Shown: positions 38,562 to 48,268 of the stretch, one piece after another | Layout: every line of letters starts with the position of its first letter | How positions within the stretch are numbered: the first letter of the stretch is position 1 | Assembly (NCBI GenBank): GCA_016218805.1 | Contig: JACRCW010000092.1 | Location: forward strand, 62,001 to 126,000 | Direction of reading: 5' to 3' | Length of the DNA: 64,000 nucleotides | Source of the DNA: Deltaproteobacteria bacterium | GTDB taxonomy: Bacteria; Myxococcota; JACRCW01 | The notes under the pieces: generated by a model | Seen by the model: the letters and a program-made list of their open reading frames with translations, nothing else | What the model was told of the DNA's origin: nothing | Database searches by the model: none | Program-made: the position numbers and the translations under genes

Positions 38562-39629
38562 ATGACCAGCACCCCACCCCGGCTGGTCGGCGCGGGCGAA
38601 TCCCCCGACGAGCCGGCCCATGACACGCACCTGCGGCCGCGCAGCTTTGACGACTACGTCGGGCAGAAGAAGGTGGTGGACAACCTGCGCGTGTTCTGTG
38701 AGGCCGCCCGCCGCCGTGGCGAGTCCATGGAGCACGTGCTGCTGTGGGGTCCGCCGGGCCTGGGCAAGACCAGCCTGGCCACCATCATCGCCCGGGAGAT
38801 GGGCGTGGACATCCACGTCACCTCCGGCCCCGCGGTGGAGAAGAAGGGGGACCTGGCGGGCATCCTCACAAGCCTCAAGGAGCGGGACGTCCTGTTCATT
38901 GACGAGATCCACCGCCTCTCGCCGGTCATTGAAGAGAACCTGTACCCGGCCATGGAGGACTTCCGGTTTGACGTCATCATTGGCGAGGGCCCGCACGCGC
39001 GCTCCATCCCGCTGGCGCTGCCGCGGTTCACGCTCATTGGCGCCACCACCCGCACCGGCCTGCTGACGGGGCCGCTGCGGGACCGGTTTGGATACGTGGC
39101 GCGGCTGGGCTTCTACACGGTGGAGGAGCTCACGCACATTGTGAAGCGCAGCGCGGGCATCCTGTCCGTCCCCGTCCATGACGACGCGGCGCAGGAGATT
39201 GCCCGCCGCAGCCGCGGCACGCCGCGCGTGGCCAACCGGCTGCTGCGCCGCATCCGTGACTTTGCCGAGGTGGAGGGCCGCAAGGACGTGGCGCTGCCGC
39301 TGGCCCGCGCCGCGCTCAAACGCCTGGAGGTGGATGAAAAGGGGTTTGACGAGATGGACCGCGCGCTGCTGGCCGCCATTGTGGACAAGTTTGGCGGCGG
39401 GCCGGTGGGGCTGGACACGCTGGCCGCGTCCGTGGGCGAGGAAGCGCAGACCATTGAGGACGTCTACGAGCCGTTCCTCATCCAGGAGGGCTTCCTGACG
39501 CGGACGCCGCGCGGCCGCACCGCCACGCGCCTGGCGTACGCACACCTGGGGAAGACGCCGCCGGTGACGGTGACCGGCGCCCAGGATGACCTGTTCACCG
39601 CGGGCCGGCTTCCGCCCGGTGAGGGCTGA
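38562..39629 (+). CDS. ruvB: Holliday junction branch migration helicase RuvB
   Basis: [58 protein letters not shown]. Confidence 0.98.
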   Translation: MTSTPPRLVGAGESPDEPAHDTHLRPRSFDDYVGQKKVVDNLRVFCEAARRRGESMEHVLLWGPPGLGKTSLATIIAREMGVDIHVTSGPAVEKKGDLAGILTSLKERDVLFIDEIHRLSPVIEENLYPAMEDFRFDVIIGEGPHARSIPLALPRFTLIGATTRTGLLTGPLRDRFGYVARLGFYTVEELTHIVKRSAGILSVPVHDDAAQEIARRSRGTPRVANRLLRRIRDFAEVEGRKDVALPLARAALKRLEVDEKGFDEMDRALLAAIVDKFGGGPVGLDTLAASVGEEAQTIEDVYEPFLIQEGFLTRTPRGRTATRLAYAHLGKTPPVTVTGAQDDLFTAGRLPPGEG

Positions 39630-39630
39630 C

Positions 39631-40512
39631 TCACCGCCGCACGCGCACCGCGCGGTCCCGCCGCTCCAGGTCCTTCACGACGTCAACCTGCCCCGCGGCG
39701 GACCACAACGCCCGCGCCGCCTCCTCCTGCTGGTGGCCGATTTCCGCGAGCAGCAGGCCACCCGGGCGCACCCGCGGGAACACCTCCGCCAGCAACCGGC
39801 GGTGGAACCCCAGGCCATCCGCGCCACTGCCCACCAGCGCCAGCCGCGGCTCATGGTCCCGCACCTCCGGTTCCGCCGCCGCCCACTCAGACTCCGTCAC
39901 GTACGGCGGGTTGCTCACCACCACGTCAAACGTGTCATCCGGCGCCAGCGCGGTGACGACGTCACTTTGCAGCAGGCGCACCGTGGCGTGCAGCGCCTCC
40001 GCGTTGTGCTGCGCCACGGCCAGCGCCGCCGCGGAGACGTCCACCGCGGTGACCACCGCCCCCGGGATCTCCAGCGCCAGCGTGATGGCCAGGCACCCGG
40101 TGCCCGTGCCCACGTCCAGCACGGCCGGCGCGGGCGCCGCTGGCCGCGCGCGCTGCCAGGCCAGCACCTCCTCCACCAGCGTCTCTGTCTCCGGCCGCGG
40201 CGCCAGCGTGTCCGCCGTGACCCGGAACGCGCGGCCCCAGAATTCCCGCGCGCCCACAACGTGGCTCACCGGTTCCCGCGCGGCGCGGCGTTTGACCAGC
40301 GCGCGGTATGCGGCCAGCTCCGCCGGGCCCAGCGGCTTGTCCAACTCCAGGTACAGCTTCAAGCGCGTGGTGGAGAGCGCGTGCGCCAGCAGCACCTCGG
40401 CATCCAGGCGCGGGTTGTCCACGCCGCGGCGTTGGAACTCCTCACGCGTCCACGCAAGCACCCGCCCCACCGTCCAGGTCGCGTCCGGATTGTCGGTTGG
40501 CTTGTGCTCCAT
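39631..40512 (-). CDS. prmC: Release factor glutamine methyltransferase
   Basis: RLDAEVLL, REPV, PRPETE, DVGTGTG, SNPPY. Confidence 0.95.
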   Translation of the reverse strand: MEHKPTDNPDATWTVGRVLAWTREEFQRRGVDNPRLDAEVLLAHALSTTRLKLYLELDKPLGPAELAAYRALVKRRAAREPVSHVVGAREFWGRAFRVTADTLAPRPETETLVEEVLAWQRARPAAPAPAVLDVGTGTGCLAITLALEIPGAVVTAVDVSAAALAVAQHNAEALHATVRLLQSDVVTALAPDDTFDVVVSNPPYVTESEWAAAEPEVRDHEPRLALVGSGADGLGFHRRLLAEVFPRVRPGGLLLAEIGHQQEEAARALWSAAGQVDVVKDLERRDRAVRVRR

Positions 40513-40585
40513 GCGGGACCCTCGGCGGCGCGGCGTGGTAGACCACGTTCCCCCGTCACACAACCGCGGGCGGGCGAGGTGCTCC

Positions 40586-41218
40586 ATGACGGCGAGGACG
40601 GTGCGGCTGCTGGTGCTGGCAACGACGATGGCGGCGTGCAAGCCCGCCGAGGATCCCAACGCGCTCAAGGAAACCTGGGCCGACACGTTTGAACGCACCG
40701 AGTTGGGACCGGACTGGAAGAACACCGGCGGCAACTGGGCGGTGAAGGACGGCGCGCTGCAGGGGTATGACTGCTTCAACCACCCGGTGTGGCTCAACAA
40801 GGTTCTCCCGCGGGATGTGCGCGTGGAACTGGACATCTGGACCACCAGCCCCGAGGGCGACCTGAAGGTGGAGATGTTTGGCGACGGCAACACGTTTGAC
40901 CCCGACAAGGGCAGCTACACGGCGTCAGGCTACGTGATGGTGTTTGGCGGGTGGAAGAACACGCAGTCCAAGATTGCGCGGCGGGATGAGCACCGCAATG
41001 AAGACCCGTCCCGCCGGGACGTGCGCGTGGAGCCGGGAAAGAAGTACCACTGGTCCATCCAGCGCAAGGACGGCCTCATTGAGTGGCGCATTGACGGCGC
41101 GCCGTTCCTCCAGTTCCGCGACGTGGACCCGCTGGCCGGCCCGGGGCGGGACCACTTTGGGGTGGGCAACTGGCAGACGCCGGTGTTTGTGGACAACCTG
41201 GTCATCACCCCGCTGTAG
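40586..41218 (+). CDS. Lipoprotein with concanavalin-like beta-sandwich
   Basis: Lipobox MAAC; DTFER..LG..W...GGNWAVKDG; FGGWKN; VFVDNLVI. Confidence 0.7.
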   Translation: MTARTVRLLVLATTMAACKPAEDPNALKETWADTFERTELGPDWKNTGGNWAVKDGALQGYDCFNHPVWLNKVLPRDVRVELDIWTTSPEGDLKVEMFGDGNTFDPDKGSYTASGYVMVFGGWKNTQSKIARRDEHRNEDPSRRDVRVEPGKKYHWSIQRKDGLIEWRIDGAPFLQFRDVDPLAGPGRDHFGVGNWQTPVFVDNLVITPL

Positions 41219-41241
41219 CGGGACCACCCCGGGGGGACCTG

Positions 41242-41883
41242 ATGTGCAACCGCATCACGCTGACGCTGCCTGACGCGGCCACGCTGCTGGCGCTGTTTGG
41301 GATGGAGGACGACGAGGCGTTCCGCGCCGACTACGGGCCCCGCTACAACATTGCCCCGACGCAGGAGCACTGGCTGGTCACCCCCGCCCTGCCGCTGCGC
41401 TTCCTGCGCGTGCCCTGGGGCCTGGGGCCGCAGCGCCATCTCAACACGCGCGTGGAGACGCTGGGGGTCCGCGGCTTCCACCCCGGCGAAGTGCCCTGCG
41501 CCGTCCCCGCGGACGGGTTCCTGGAATGGGAGGGCGAGGAGAAGGACCGCCGGCCGGTGCACTTCCAGCGCGCGGACGGTGAGCCGTTCATGCTGGCCGG
41601 CGTGTACGACGGCGCGGGGTTTACCGTGCTGACGACGTCACCCGACGCGGTGGTGGGGACGGTGCACGACCGGATGCCCGTGCTGCTGGAGCGGAGCAAC
41701 TGGCGTCCGTGGCTGCAGGCCCGGGTGCCGCGCGCCGTGGAGGCGCTGCTGGGCAGCTCCGCGCCGCCGGCGCTGGTGGCCCGGCGGGTGTCCAAGCGCA
41801 TCAACAACGCCGCCCATGATGACGTGGCGTGCCTGGCTGACGCCGAGCTCCCCGCCGCGCCGCGCCAGCTCAGACTGCTGTGA
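41242..41883 (+). CDS. SRAP (YedK/HMCES) abasic-site processing protein
   Basis: Cys2 (MCNR), RYNIAPTQ, DGFLEW, HDRMPV. Confidence 0.92.
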   Translation: MCNRITLTLPDAATLLALFGMEDDEAFRADYGPRYNIAPTQEHWLVTPALPLRFLRVPWGLGPQRHLNTRVETLGVRGFHPGEVPCAVPADGFLEWEGEEKDRRPVHFQRADGEPFMLAGVYDGAGFTVLTTSPDAVVGTVHDRMPVLLERSNWRPWLQARVPRAVEALLGSSAPPALVARRVSKRINNAAHDDVACLADAELPAAPRQLRLL

Positions 41884-41889
41884 GCCGCG

Positions 41890-44043
41890 TCAGCCGCCGC
41901 CCATCTGCTCGCGCAGGCGGCGGAACATGTCGGCGGCCTGCGCGCGCTGCTCGTCCGGCGTGAGCGCGCCGTCCGTCTGGTCCTCCTGCACCACGCCGGG
42001 CGGCATCTCCGCAATGAACCGGCTGGGCAGCCGCCCCACCATTTTGCCGTACTTACGCCGGGCCACCGCGCGCGTGATCACCAGCTCCTCCCGCGCGCGC
42101 GTGATGCCCACGTACGCCAGCCGCCGCTCCTCCTCCACGCCGTTGCCCTCAGCGGGCACGTGCTCCGGTGCCGCCCTCCCCTCTTCTCCCTCACCCTCCT
42201 CCAACGGCCCGGGCGCGGCGTGGCTGCCGTCCTCAATGGACCGGCGGTGCGGCATGAGCCCGTCCTCCCAACCCGGGAGGAACACCACCGGGAACTCCAG
42301 TCCCTTGGCCGCGTGCAGCGTCATGATGCGCACGCCCGCGCGGTCATCCGTGTCGTCGTCACGGCGGTCACCCTCGCGGTCCAGCGCCATGCGGTCCATC
42401 AACTGGTCCAGCGCGGACCCTTCATCCAGCACCTTGCGCGAATCCGCCTCCGACGTGGTCTCCAGGCTTTCATGCACGCGCGTGGCCAGGCGGGTGAGCG
42501 CGTTGAGCACAATCTCCACCGTCTGCCGCCGGCGCGCGGACCGCGCCAGGTCGCCGTCGTCATCCAACGACGCCAGGTACCCCAGCTCCTCCAGCATCAA
42601 CCGCAGCCGGTCGGTCGGGTCATCCCGCTCTGAGGCCGCGCGCTGCAGCTCGCGGAACTTGTGCAGCTTCTGCGCCAGCTCCTGAATGGCGACGACAGCG
42701 CGCTTCTGCAGGCCCCGCACCGCGCCCGCATCCAGTGCCGCGTCAATGATGCCAAGCTCGTGCGCCCGGACGTGGTCTGACAGCTTCTCCAGGCTGCCCG
42801 GACCCACGCCGCGGGACGGGGACGCCATCACGCGCCGGAACGCGGACTCGTCATCCCGGCCGGCCAGCATGGCCGCGTAGGCCAGCACGTCCTTGACCTC
42901 CTTGCGGTCCGCAATGTCCGGCCCCCCGACGAGAACGTACGGAATCCCCTCCAGGCGCAGCGCCGCCTCAAACGGGCGCGACTGCGTCCCCGTCCGCAAC
43001 AGGATGGCAAACCGCTCCGGCTTCTCACCGCCGCGCACGCGCTGGGCAATGGTCACGGTGACCGCTTTGACTTCGTGCTCCTCGTCATTGCAGGCAATGA
43101 CGCGCACCGGCAGGCCGGGCGGATTGGGTGTGCGCAGCGTTTTGGGACGGCGGCCGCGGTTGTGCGCAATCACGCGGTTGGCCGTCTCCAGGATGGCGGG
43201 CGTGCAGCGGTAGTTCTCCGTCAGCGCCACCACGTGTGCACCGGGAAACCAGGACTCAAACTCCAGGATGTGCTTCACCACCGCGCCGCGCCAACCGTAG
43301 ATGGCCTGGTCGTCGTCACCCACGGCGCACACGGTGCGGGACTTCCCGGTGACGGCCACCAGGAAGCGCATCTGCGCGGCGCTGGTGTCCTGGAACTCGT
43401 CCACCAGCACGTGGCGGAACTGGCGCTGGATGCGGGCAGCCACGTCAGGCGCGGCGTCCATCATGTCCGGCGGAAGCAGGATGAGATCATCAAAGTCCAT
43501 GGCGCCCAGCAGGCGCAGGTGCCGGTTGTAGGCGGGCAGCAGTTCCAGCGCGGCGCGGCCCGCCTCGGTGGCCACGGTGGACGGCGGCAGCGCGCCCTGG
43601 TTCTTGAACAGCGAAATCGCCGCAATCACGTCCGGCACGGGTGCGCGGCGCTCGTCAATGCGGGCTTCGCGCATGAGGCGGCGCACCTGGGCGCGCTGGT
43701 CGCCTTCGTCCAGGATGGAGAACGCGTCCGTGATGCCCAGGCGGTGCACGTCCGCGCGGAGCAGGCGCACGCCAAATGCGTGGAATGTGCCCATCACCGC
43801 GCGGCGCGCGCTGCGCTTGCCAATGAGCTGCGCCACGCGTTCGCGCATCTCACCGGCCGCCTTCTGCGTGAAGGTGAGCGCCAGGATGTGCTCGGGGGGT
43901 TCGCCCTCATCCACCAGTGAGGCGATGCGGTGCGCGATGACGCGCGTCTTGCCGGTGCCCGCACCGGCGAGCACAAGCAGCGGCCCGTCACGGTGGGTGA
44001 CCGCGGCGCGCTGTTCCGGGTTGAGCTGGGACAGGTCCACCAT
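41890..44043 (-). CDS. UvrD/Rep/PcrA superfamily 1A helicase
   Basis: LNPEQ, AGAGTGKT, DEFQD, GDDDQAIYGWRGA, ENYR, TLHAAKGLEF, EERRLAYVGITRA. Confidence 0.96.
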   Translation of the reverse strand: MVDLSQLNPEQRAAVTHRDGPLLVLAGAGTGKTRVIAHRIASLVDEGEPPEHILALTFTQKAAGEMRERVAQLIGKRSARRAVMGTFHAFGVRLLRADVHRLGITDAFSILDEGDQRAQVRRLMREARIDERRAPVPDVIAAISLFKNQGALPPSTVATEAGRAALELLPAYNRHLRLLGAMDFDDLILLPPDMMDAAPDVAARIQRQFRHVLVDEFQDTSAAQMRFLVAVTGKSRTVCAVGDDDQAIYGWRGAVVKHILEFESWFPGAHVVALTENYRCTPAILETANRVIAHNRGRRPKTLRTPNPPGLPVRVIACNDEEHEVKAVTVTIAQRVRGGEKPERFAILLRTGTQSRPFEAALRLEGIPYVLVGGPDIADRKEVKDVLAYAAMLAGRDDESAFRRVMASPSRGVGPGSLEKLSDHVRAHELGIIDAALDAGAVRGLQKRAVVAIQELAQKLHKFRELQRAASERDDPTDRLRLMLEELGYLASLDDDGDLARSARRRQTVEIVLNALTRLATRVHESLETTSEADSRKVLDEGSALDQLMDRMALDREGDRRDDDTDDRAGVRIMTLHAAKGLEFPVVFLPGWEDGLMPHRRSIEDGSHAAPGPLEEGEGEEGRAAPEHVPAEGNGVEEERRLAYVGITRAREELVITRAVARRKYGKMVGRLPSRFIAEMPPGVVQEDQTDGALTPDEQRAQAADMFRRLREQMGGG

Positions 44044-44127
44044 GGAGCGGCGCAGGTATGCGTGGCGGGCCGCGGCTTGGCAAGTTGGCTGGGCGTCCCG
44101 GCGGGACCGCCCGTATAGTGCCGGGCC

Positions 44128-45096
44128 ATGGCTGACACGTCTCCTGCGGAAACCATGACGCCGTCTGACGCGGCGGCGCTCCTTGAACGCCTGCGCGGCA
44201 ACCTGGAGCGCGTCATCCGCGGCAAGCGCGATCCATTGGAGCTGCTGCTGTGCTGCGTGGCCGGCGGCGGGCACGTGCTGCTGGAGGACATCCCGGGGAC
44301 GGGGAAGACCACGCTGGCGCGCGCGCTGGCGCAGAGCATGGGGTGCAGCTTCAAACGCATCCAGTTCACGCCGGACCTGCTGCCGTCCGATATCCTGGGC
44401 GCATCCATCTACAACCCGCAGACGGGCGCATTCACCTTCAAGCCGGGCCCGGTGTTTGCGCACGTCATCATTGCGGATGAAATCAACCGCGCCTCGCCGC
44501 GCACGCAGTCCTCGCTGCTGGAGGCCCTCAGCGAACAGCAGGTCACCGTCGAGGGCGATACGCGCGTCCTGCCCAGCCCGTTCTTGTGCATCGCCACGCA
44601 GAACCCCATCGACTTTCACGGCACCTACCCGCTGCCGGAGGCGCAGCTGGACCGGTTCGCCATGATGCTGGGGCTGGGCTACCCGCCGGCGGACGAGGAG
44701 CGTGCCATCCTGCAGAGTCACGTGGGCGGGCCGCCCCTTGCGGACCTCAAGGCGCTCACCGACGGGGAAACGGTGGTCCGGCTGCAGCATTCCGTGGAGG
44801 GCGTGAAGCTGGAGGAGACCGTGGCGGACTACCTGATGCGGCTGGTCCACGCCACGCGGAACCACCCGTCCATCCGCCTGGGCGTGTCCATGCGCGGCGC
44901 GCTGCTGCTGGGGCGGCTGTCCCGCGCGCGCGCGCTGTCCCAGGCGCGCGGCTACGTGCTCCCTGACGACGTGAAGCGCCTGGCCGAACCAGTGTTGGCC
45001 CACCGTCTCATCCTGGACACCAAGGCGCGGTACGCGGGCCTGGACAAGCGCGGGGTGCTGCGGGACGTGCTGGCATCCGTGCCTGTGCCGCGCTGA
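44128..45096 (+). CDS. MoxR family AAA+ ATPase
   Basis: PGTGKT, RIQFTPDLLPSD, DEINRA, ATQNP, LPEAQLDRF. Confidence 0.96.
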   Translation: MADTSPAETMTPSDAAALLERLRGNLERVIRGKRDPLELLLCCVAGGGHVLLEDIPGTGKTTLARALAQSMGCSFKRIQFTPDLLPSDILGASIYNPQTGAFTFKPGPVFAHVIIADEINRASPRTQSSLLEALSEQQVTVEGDTRVLPSPFLCIATQNPIDFHGTYPLPEAQLDRFAMMLGLGYPPADEERAILQSHVGGPPLADLKALTDGETVVRLQHSVEGVKLEETVADYLMRLVHATRNHPSIRLGVSMRGALLLGRLSRARALSQARGYVLPDDVKRLAEPVLAHRLILDTKARYAGLDKRGVLRDVLASVPVPR

Positions 45097-45105
45097 GGTC
45101 ACCGC

Positions 45106-46311
45106 GTGCGCCGCCGCTGGCACTTCATGATGACGCCCATGGAGCACACCTCCATCCGCTGGATGGATGACGTGTACCGCGCGTGGCTGACGCCCGCGGG
45201 GCGCGCCTGGTTGTGGGCGGTGACCGGCTGTGGGGTGATGCTGCTGGGCGGGCTGGTGCCGCTGCTGCTGGGTGCGTTTGGTTTCATGCTCGCGGTGCTG
45301 GTGGCGTCGGTGCTGGTGGGCGCGGCGTTCCGGCCCACCGTCCGGCTGGAGCGCCACGTCCCGGCGTTCCCGTCCGCGGGCGAGGTGCTCAGCTACCGCG
45401 TGCGGGTCACCAACACGGGCCGGCGCCCGGCGCGCCTGCTGGCCATTGAAGAGCGCGGCCTGCCCTTTGAGGTGCGCCCCGCCGGTGAACCCGCGGTGGT
45501 GGAGCGGCTGGACCCGGGCGAAAGCACCGAGGTCACCCTGCGGGCCGCGTGCAACCTGCGCGGCGCGTACGCGTTGCGGCGCCTGCAGGCGTCGTCGTCG
45601 TTTCCGTCTGGGATTGTGAAATGGCCGCGCGTGCAGCGGCACGCGGAGCGGCTGCTGGTGTACCCGGCGTTCCAGAAGCTGGCGCACCTGGAAGTGCCGC
45701 ACGGGCGCAACTACCAACCGGGCGGCATTGCGGTGGCGTCACACGTTGGGGATTCCGTGGAGTTTGTGGGGTTGCGGCCCTACCGCGAAGGCGACCGGTT
45801 GCGGGACGTGCATTGGCCCACGGTGGCGCGCACGGGGAATCTCGTCGTCAAGGAGTACCAGGAAGAGTACTTTGTGCGGTTGGCGCTGGTGCTGGACGTG
45901 GAGGTGCGCAACGCGCGGGATGAGCGCCTGCTGGACCGCGCCCTTTCCTCCGCTGCCGCGCTGGCGGACGCGCTGGCGCGGCAGGACTACATCATCGACA
46001 TCTTCTGTGCGGGGACGGAGATCCACCACTTCCGCGCCGGCCGGGCGCTGGCGCACTTTGACAACATCCTGGAGTTGTTGGCCGCCATTGAAGGCGGGGA
46101 CCGGCTGGACGTTGCGGGCCTGGAGGCGGTGCTGGTGCCGGAGGCGGAGAAGCTCAGCGCGGTGATCATGGTGGTCATGGACTGGGATGACGCGCGCGCG
46201 GCGCTGGCGGCGCGGCTGCGGGCGCATGGCGTGGCGCTGCGGGTGTTGTGCGTGCGGCCTGGCCGCGCGCTGGCGGGCCTCCCGCCCGATGAACAGGTGG
46301 TGCTGCCGTGA
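45106..46311 (+). CDS. DUF58 family protein
   Basis: EFVGLRPYREGDRLRDVHW, VKEY; N-terminal TMs; follows moxR. Confidence 0.92.
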   Translation: MRRRWHFMMTPMEHTSIRWMDDVYRAWLTPAGRAWLWAVTGCGVMLLGGLVPLLLGAFGFMLAVLVASVLVGAAFRPTVRLERHVPAFPSAGEVLSYRVRVTNTGRRPARLLAIEERGLPFEVRPAGEPAVVERLDPGESTEVTLRAACNLRGAYALRRLQASSSFPSGIVKWPRVQRHAERLLVYPAFQKLAHLEVPHGRNYQPGGIAVASHVGDSVEFVGLRPYREGDRLRDVHWPTVARTGNLVVKEYQEEYFVRLALVLDVEVRNARDERLLDRALSSAAALADALARQDYIIDIFCAGTEIHHFRAGRALAHFDNILELLAAIEGGDRLDVAGLEAVLVPEAEKLSAVIMVVMDWDDARAALAARLRAHGVALRVLCVRPGRALAGLPPDEQVVLP

Positions 46312-48191
46312 CCCGCGCGGGCCACCTGGCGGAGGCGCTGCCGCTGCTGGCCGCGCTGCTGGTGAACGCCATCGCGCATGACCGCTGGCTGGTGGCCGCG
46401 GCGGGATTTGTCGTCGTCACGGTGGCCGTGGCGGTGGGCGCGCGGCCCGTGCACCGCGGGGGCGTGTTGCTGCTGCTGGGAATCGGCGGGGCGGCGGGGG
46501 GCCTGGCCCTGTCGCTGGTTTCTGACCCGCCGCCGGGACCGCTGCCGCCCGTGGTGCAGAGCGCACTGGGCGCGTCACTGGCAGCCATGAGCGCGTATTG
46601 CGTGGTGACGCGCAATGCCATCTATGCCTCGGTGTATGCGTGGCTGCTCGTCGCCATCTCACTCAACGCGGAGGCCACCTTCCCGTTGCAGGCCACCACC
46701 GCGCTGGCGTGCGGCGTGACGCTGCTGTCCGCGTTTCTGCAGTCCCGCGCGTGGCGCACGGGCGCCGGGTGGGCGGGGTTTGTCGTCGTGGCGGGGCTGT
46801 CCGTGGTGGGCGGGGCCGCCGTGGCCACGGGGGCGCAGCAACTGGAGGGCACGCTCAACCGCACGCTCTACTCGCTGCTGCGCGGGCTGGACCCCCTGCG
46901 CGGGCTGGGGACGCAGCGCGAGGTGACGCTGTCGGTGACGTCGTCACTGGTGCCCACGGACCGGCCGTTGGCGGAGTTGTCAGGAAACCCCGGCCGCCTG
47001 CGCACGCAGGTGATGGACACGTTTGACGGCTCTACGTGGAAGACCTCCGCCGCACTGCGCGCGCCGCGTCCCGCGCCCGTCCCGACGGGTGACGCCACCA
47101 CCACCGTGGATTTGCTCACGCTGGAGGACCTGGCGGACATCCTCCCCGCACCGGCCGGGACCTTTGCGGTGCGGGGCGGTGCGCCGGGCTGGGAGGGCGC
47201 GGGGATCCTGCGGGACACGCTCCCGGCGGGGCGGACGTTGGTGCTGCGCCACACGGTGGACCCTGGCACGCGCGAGGTGGTGCCGCCCGCTCCGCGTGAC
47301 ACGGCGCTGCCGGAGGACCTGCGGGACAGCCTCGCCGCCATCGCCCGTCCACTCGTCGGGGAAGCGGCCACCGCGGACACTGCGGCCCGCGTGTTGGAGT
47401 CCTTCTTCCAGGAGAACTTTGAGTATTCGCTGGAGGTGGACCTGCGCGGCCGTGGCCATCCGCTGCTGACCTTCATCCGCGAACGCCGGCCCGCCTACTG
47501 CGTGTACTTTGCCTCCGCCATGGCGGCGCTGCTGCGCAGCGTGGACATTCCGGCCCGGCTGGTTGGCGGGTTTGTGCCGGAGGAGTTCAACACGGTCACC
47601 GGCCGCGCCCTCATCCGCGAGCGTGACGCGCACGCCTGGGTGGAGGTGTACGTGGCGGCGCAGCAGCGCTGGGTGCCGTATGACCCCACGCCGTGGCGCG
47701 GGCGCAACGCCGTGCTGGGGCTGGACCGGCGGCCGGCGTGGCTGGCGGACCTGGGCACCGCCGTGCGCAGCGTGGCGCGGCGCGCGTGGTACCGCGTGCG
47801 GAACGACCCGCTGGGTGCGCTCCAGGACGTGGTGCTGTCTCCCGTGGGCGCGCTGGCGGGGATGGCCGCTGCGGCGTGGTGGTGGCGGCGGCGGCGCGGG
47901 ACGGCACAGCGCGTGGCGCTGCTGGGCGCGCTGGCTGCACCCGCGGAGCTGCGCGCGCTGCACGCGCGCTTCACGCGCGCGGTGGTCCGGCTGGCCGGCA
48001 CGCGCCCGCACAGCGCGGAGACGGATGACGAGTTCCTGCTGCGGGTGGGTGACCGCCTGCACACCGGCGCGGCCGGCGACGCACACCGCTTTCTGCATGC
48101 GTGGCAGCGTCTGCGGTTTGCCGGTGACCCCACGGCGCGGGCGGAGGCGGACGGGGCCCTGGCCTCGCTTGAAGCGGACGTTCCACGCTAG
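46308..48191 (+). CDS. Membrane transglutaminase-like protein (TgpA type)
   Basis: TM helices, then YCVYFASAMA, HAWVE and YDPT catalytic-triad motifs. Confidence 0.92.
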   Translation: MTRAGHLAEALPLLAALLVNAIAHDRWLVAAAGFVVVTVAVAVGARPVHRGGVLLLLGIGGAAGGLALSLVSDPPPGPLPPVVQSALGASLAAMSAYCVVTRNAIYASVYAWLLVAISLNAEATFPLQATTALACGVTLLSAFLQSRAWRTGAGWAGFVVVAGLSVVGGAAVATGAQQLEGTLNRTLYSLLRGLDPLRGLGTQREVTLSVTSSLVPTDRPLAELSGNPGRLRTQVMDTFDGSTWKTSAALRAPRPAPVPTGDATTTVDLLTLEDLADILPAPAGTFAVRGGAPGWEGAGILRDTLPAGRTLVLRHTVDPGTREVVPPAPRDTALPEDLRDSLAAIARPLVGEAATADTAARVLESFFQENFEYSLEVDLRGRGHPLLTFIRERRPAYCVYFASAMAALLRSVDIPARLVGGFVPEEFNTVTGRALIRERDAHAWVEVYVAAQQRWVPYDPTPWRGRNAVLGLDRRPAWLADLGTAVRSVARRAWYRVRNDPLGALQDVVLSPVGALAGMAAAAWWWRRRRGTAQRVALLGALAAPAELRALHARFTRAVVRLAGTRPHSAETDDEFLLRVGDRLHTGAAGDAHRFLHAWQRLRFAGDPTARAEADGALASLEADVPR

Positions 48192-48268
48192 AGTCTGTGT
48201 TACGGGTCCCCGCCGTGCGGGGCGTCGCTGGATGTGCTGGACGGTCACCCGTGGACTGGCAGACGTAG

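Noticed and set aside
44044..45717. N-terminal extension making a 1275-aa UvrD fusion
   Set aside because: The extension is antisense to moxR and DUF58; the helicase begins at MVDLSQLNPEQ (44043). The same artefact inflates ORFs 28371-30767, 32730-34907, 33240-35210, 39631-40908 and 39911-41218
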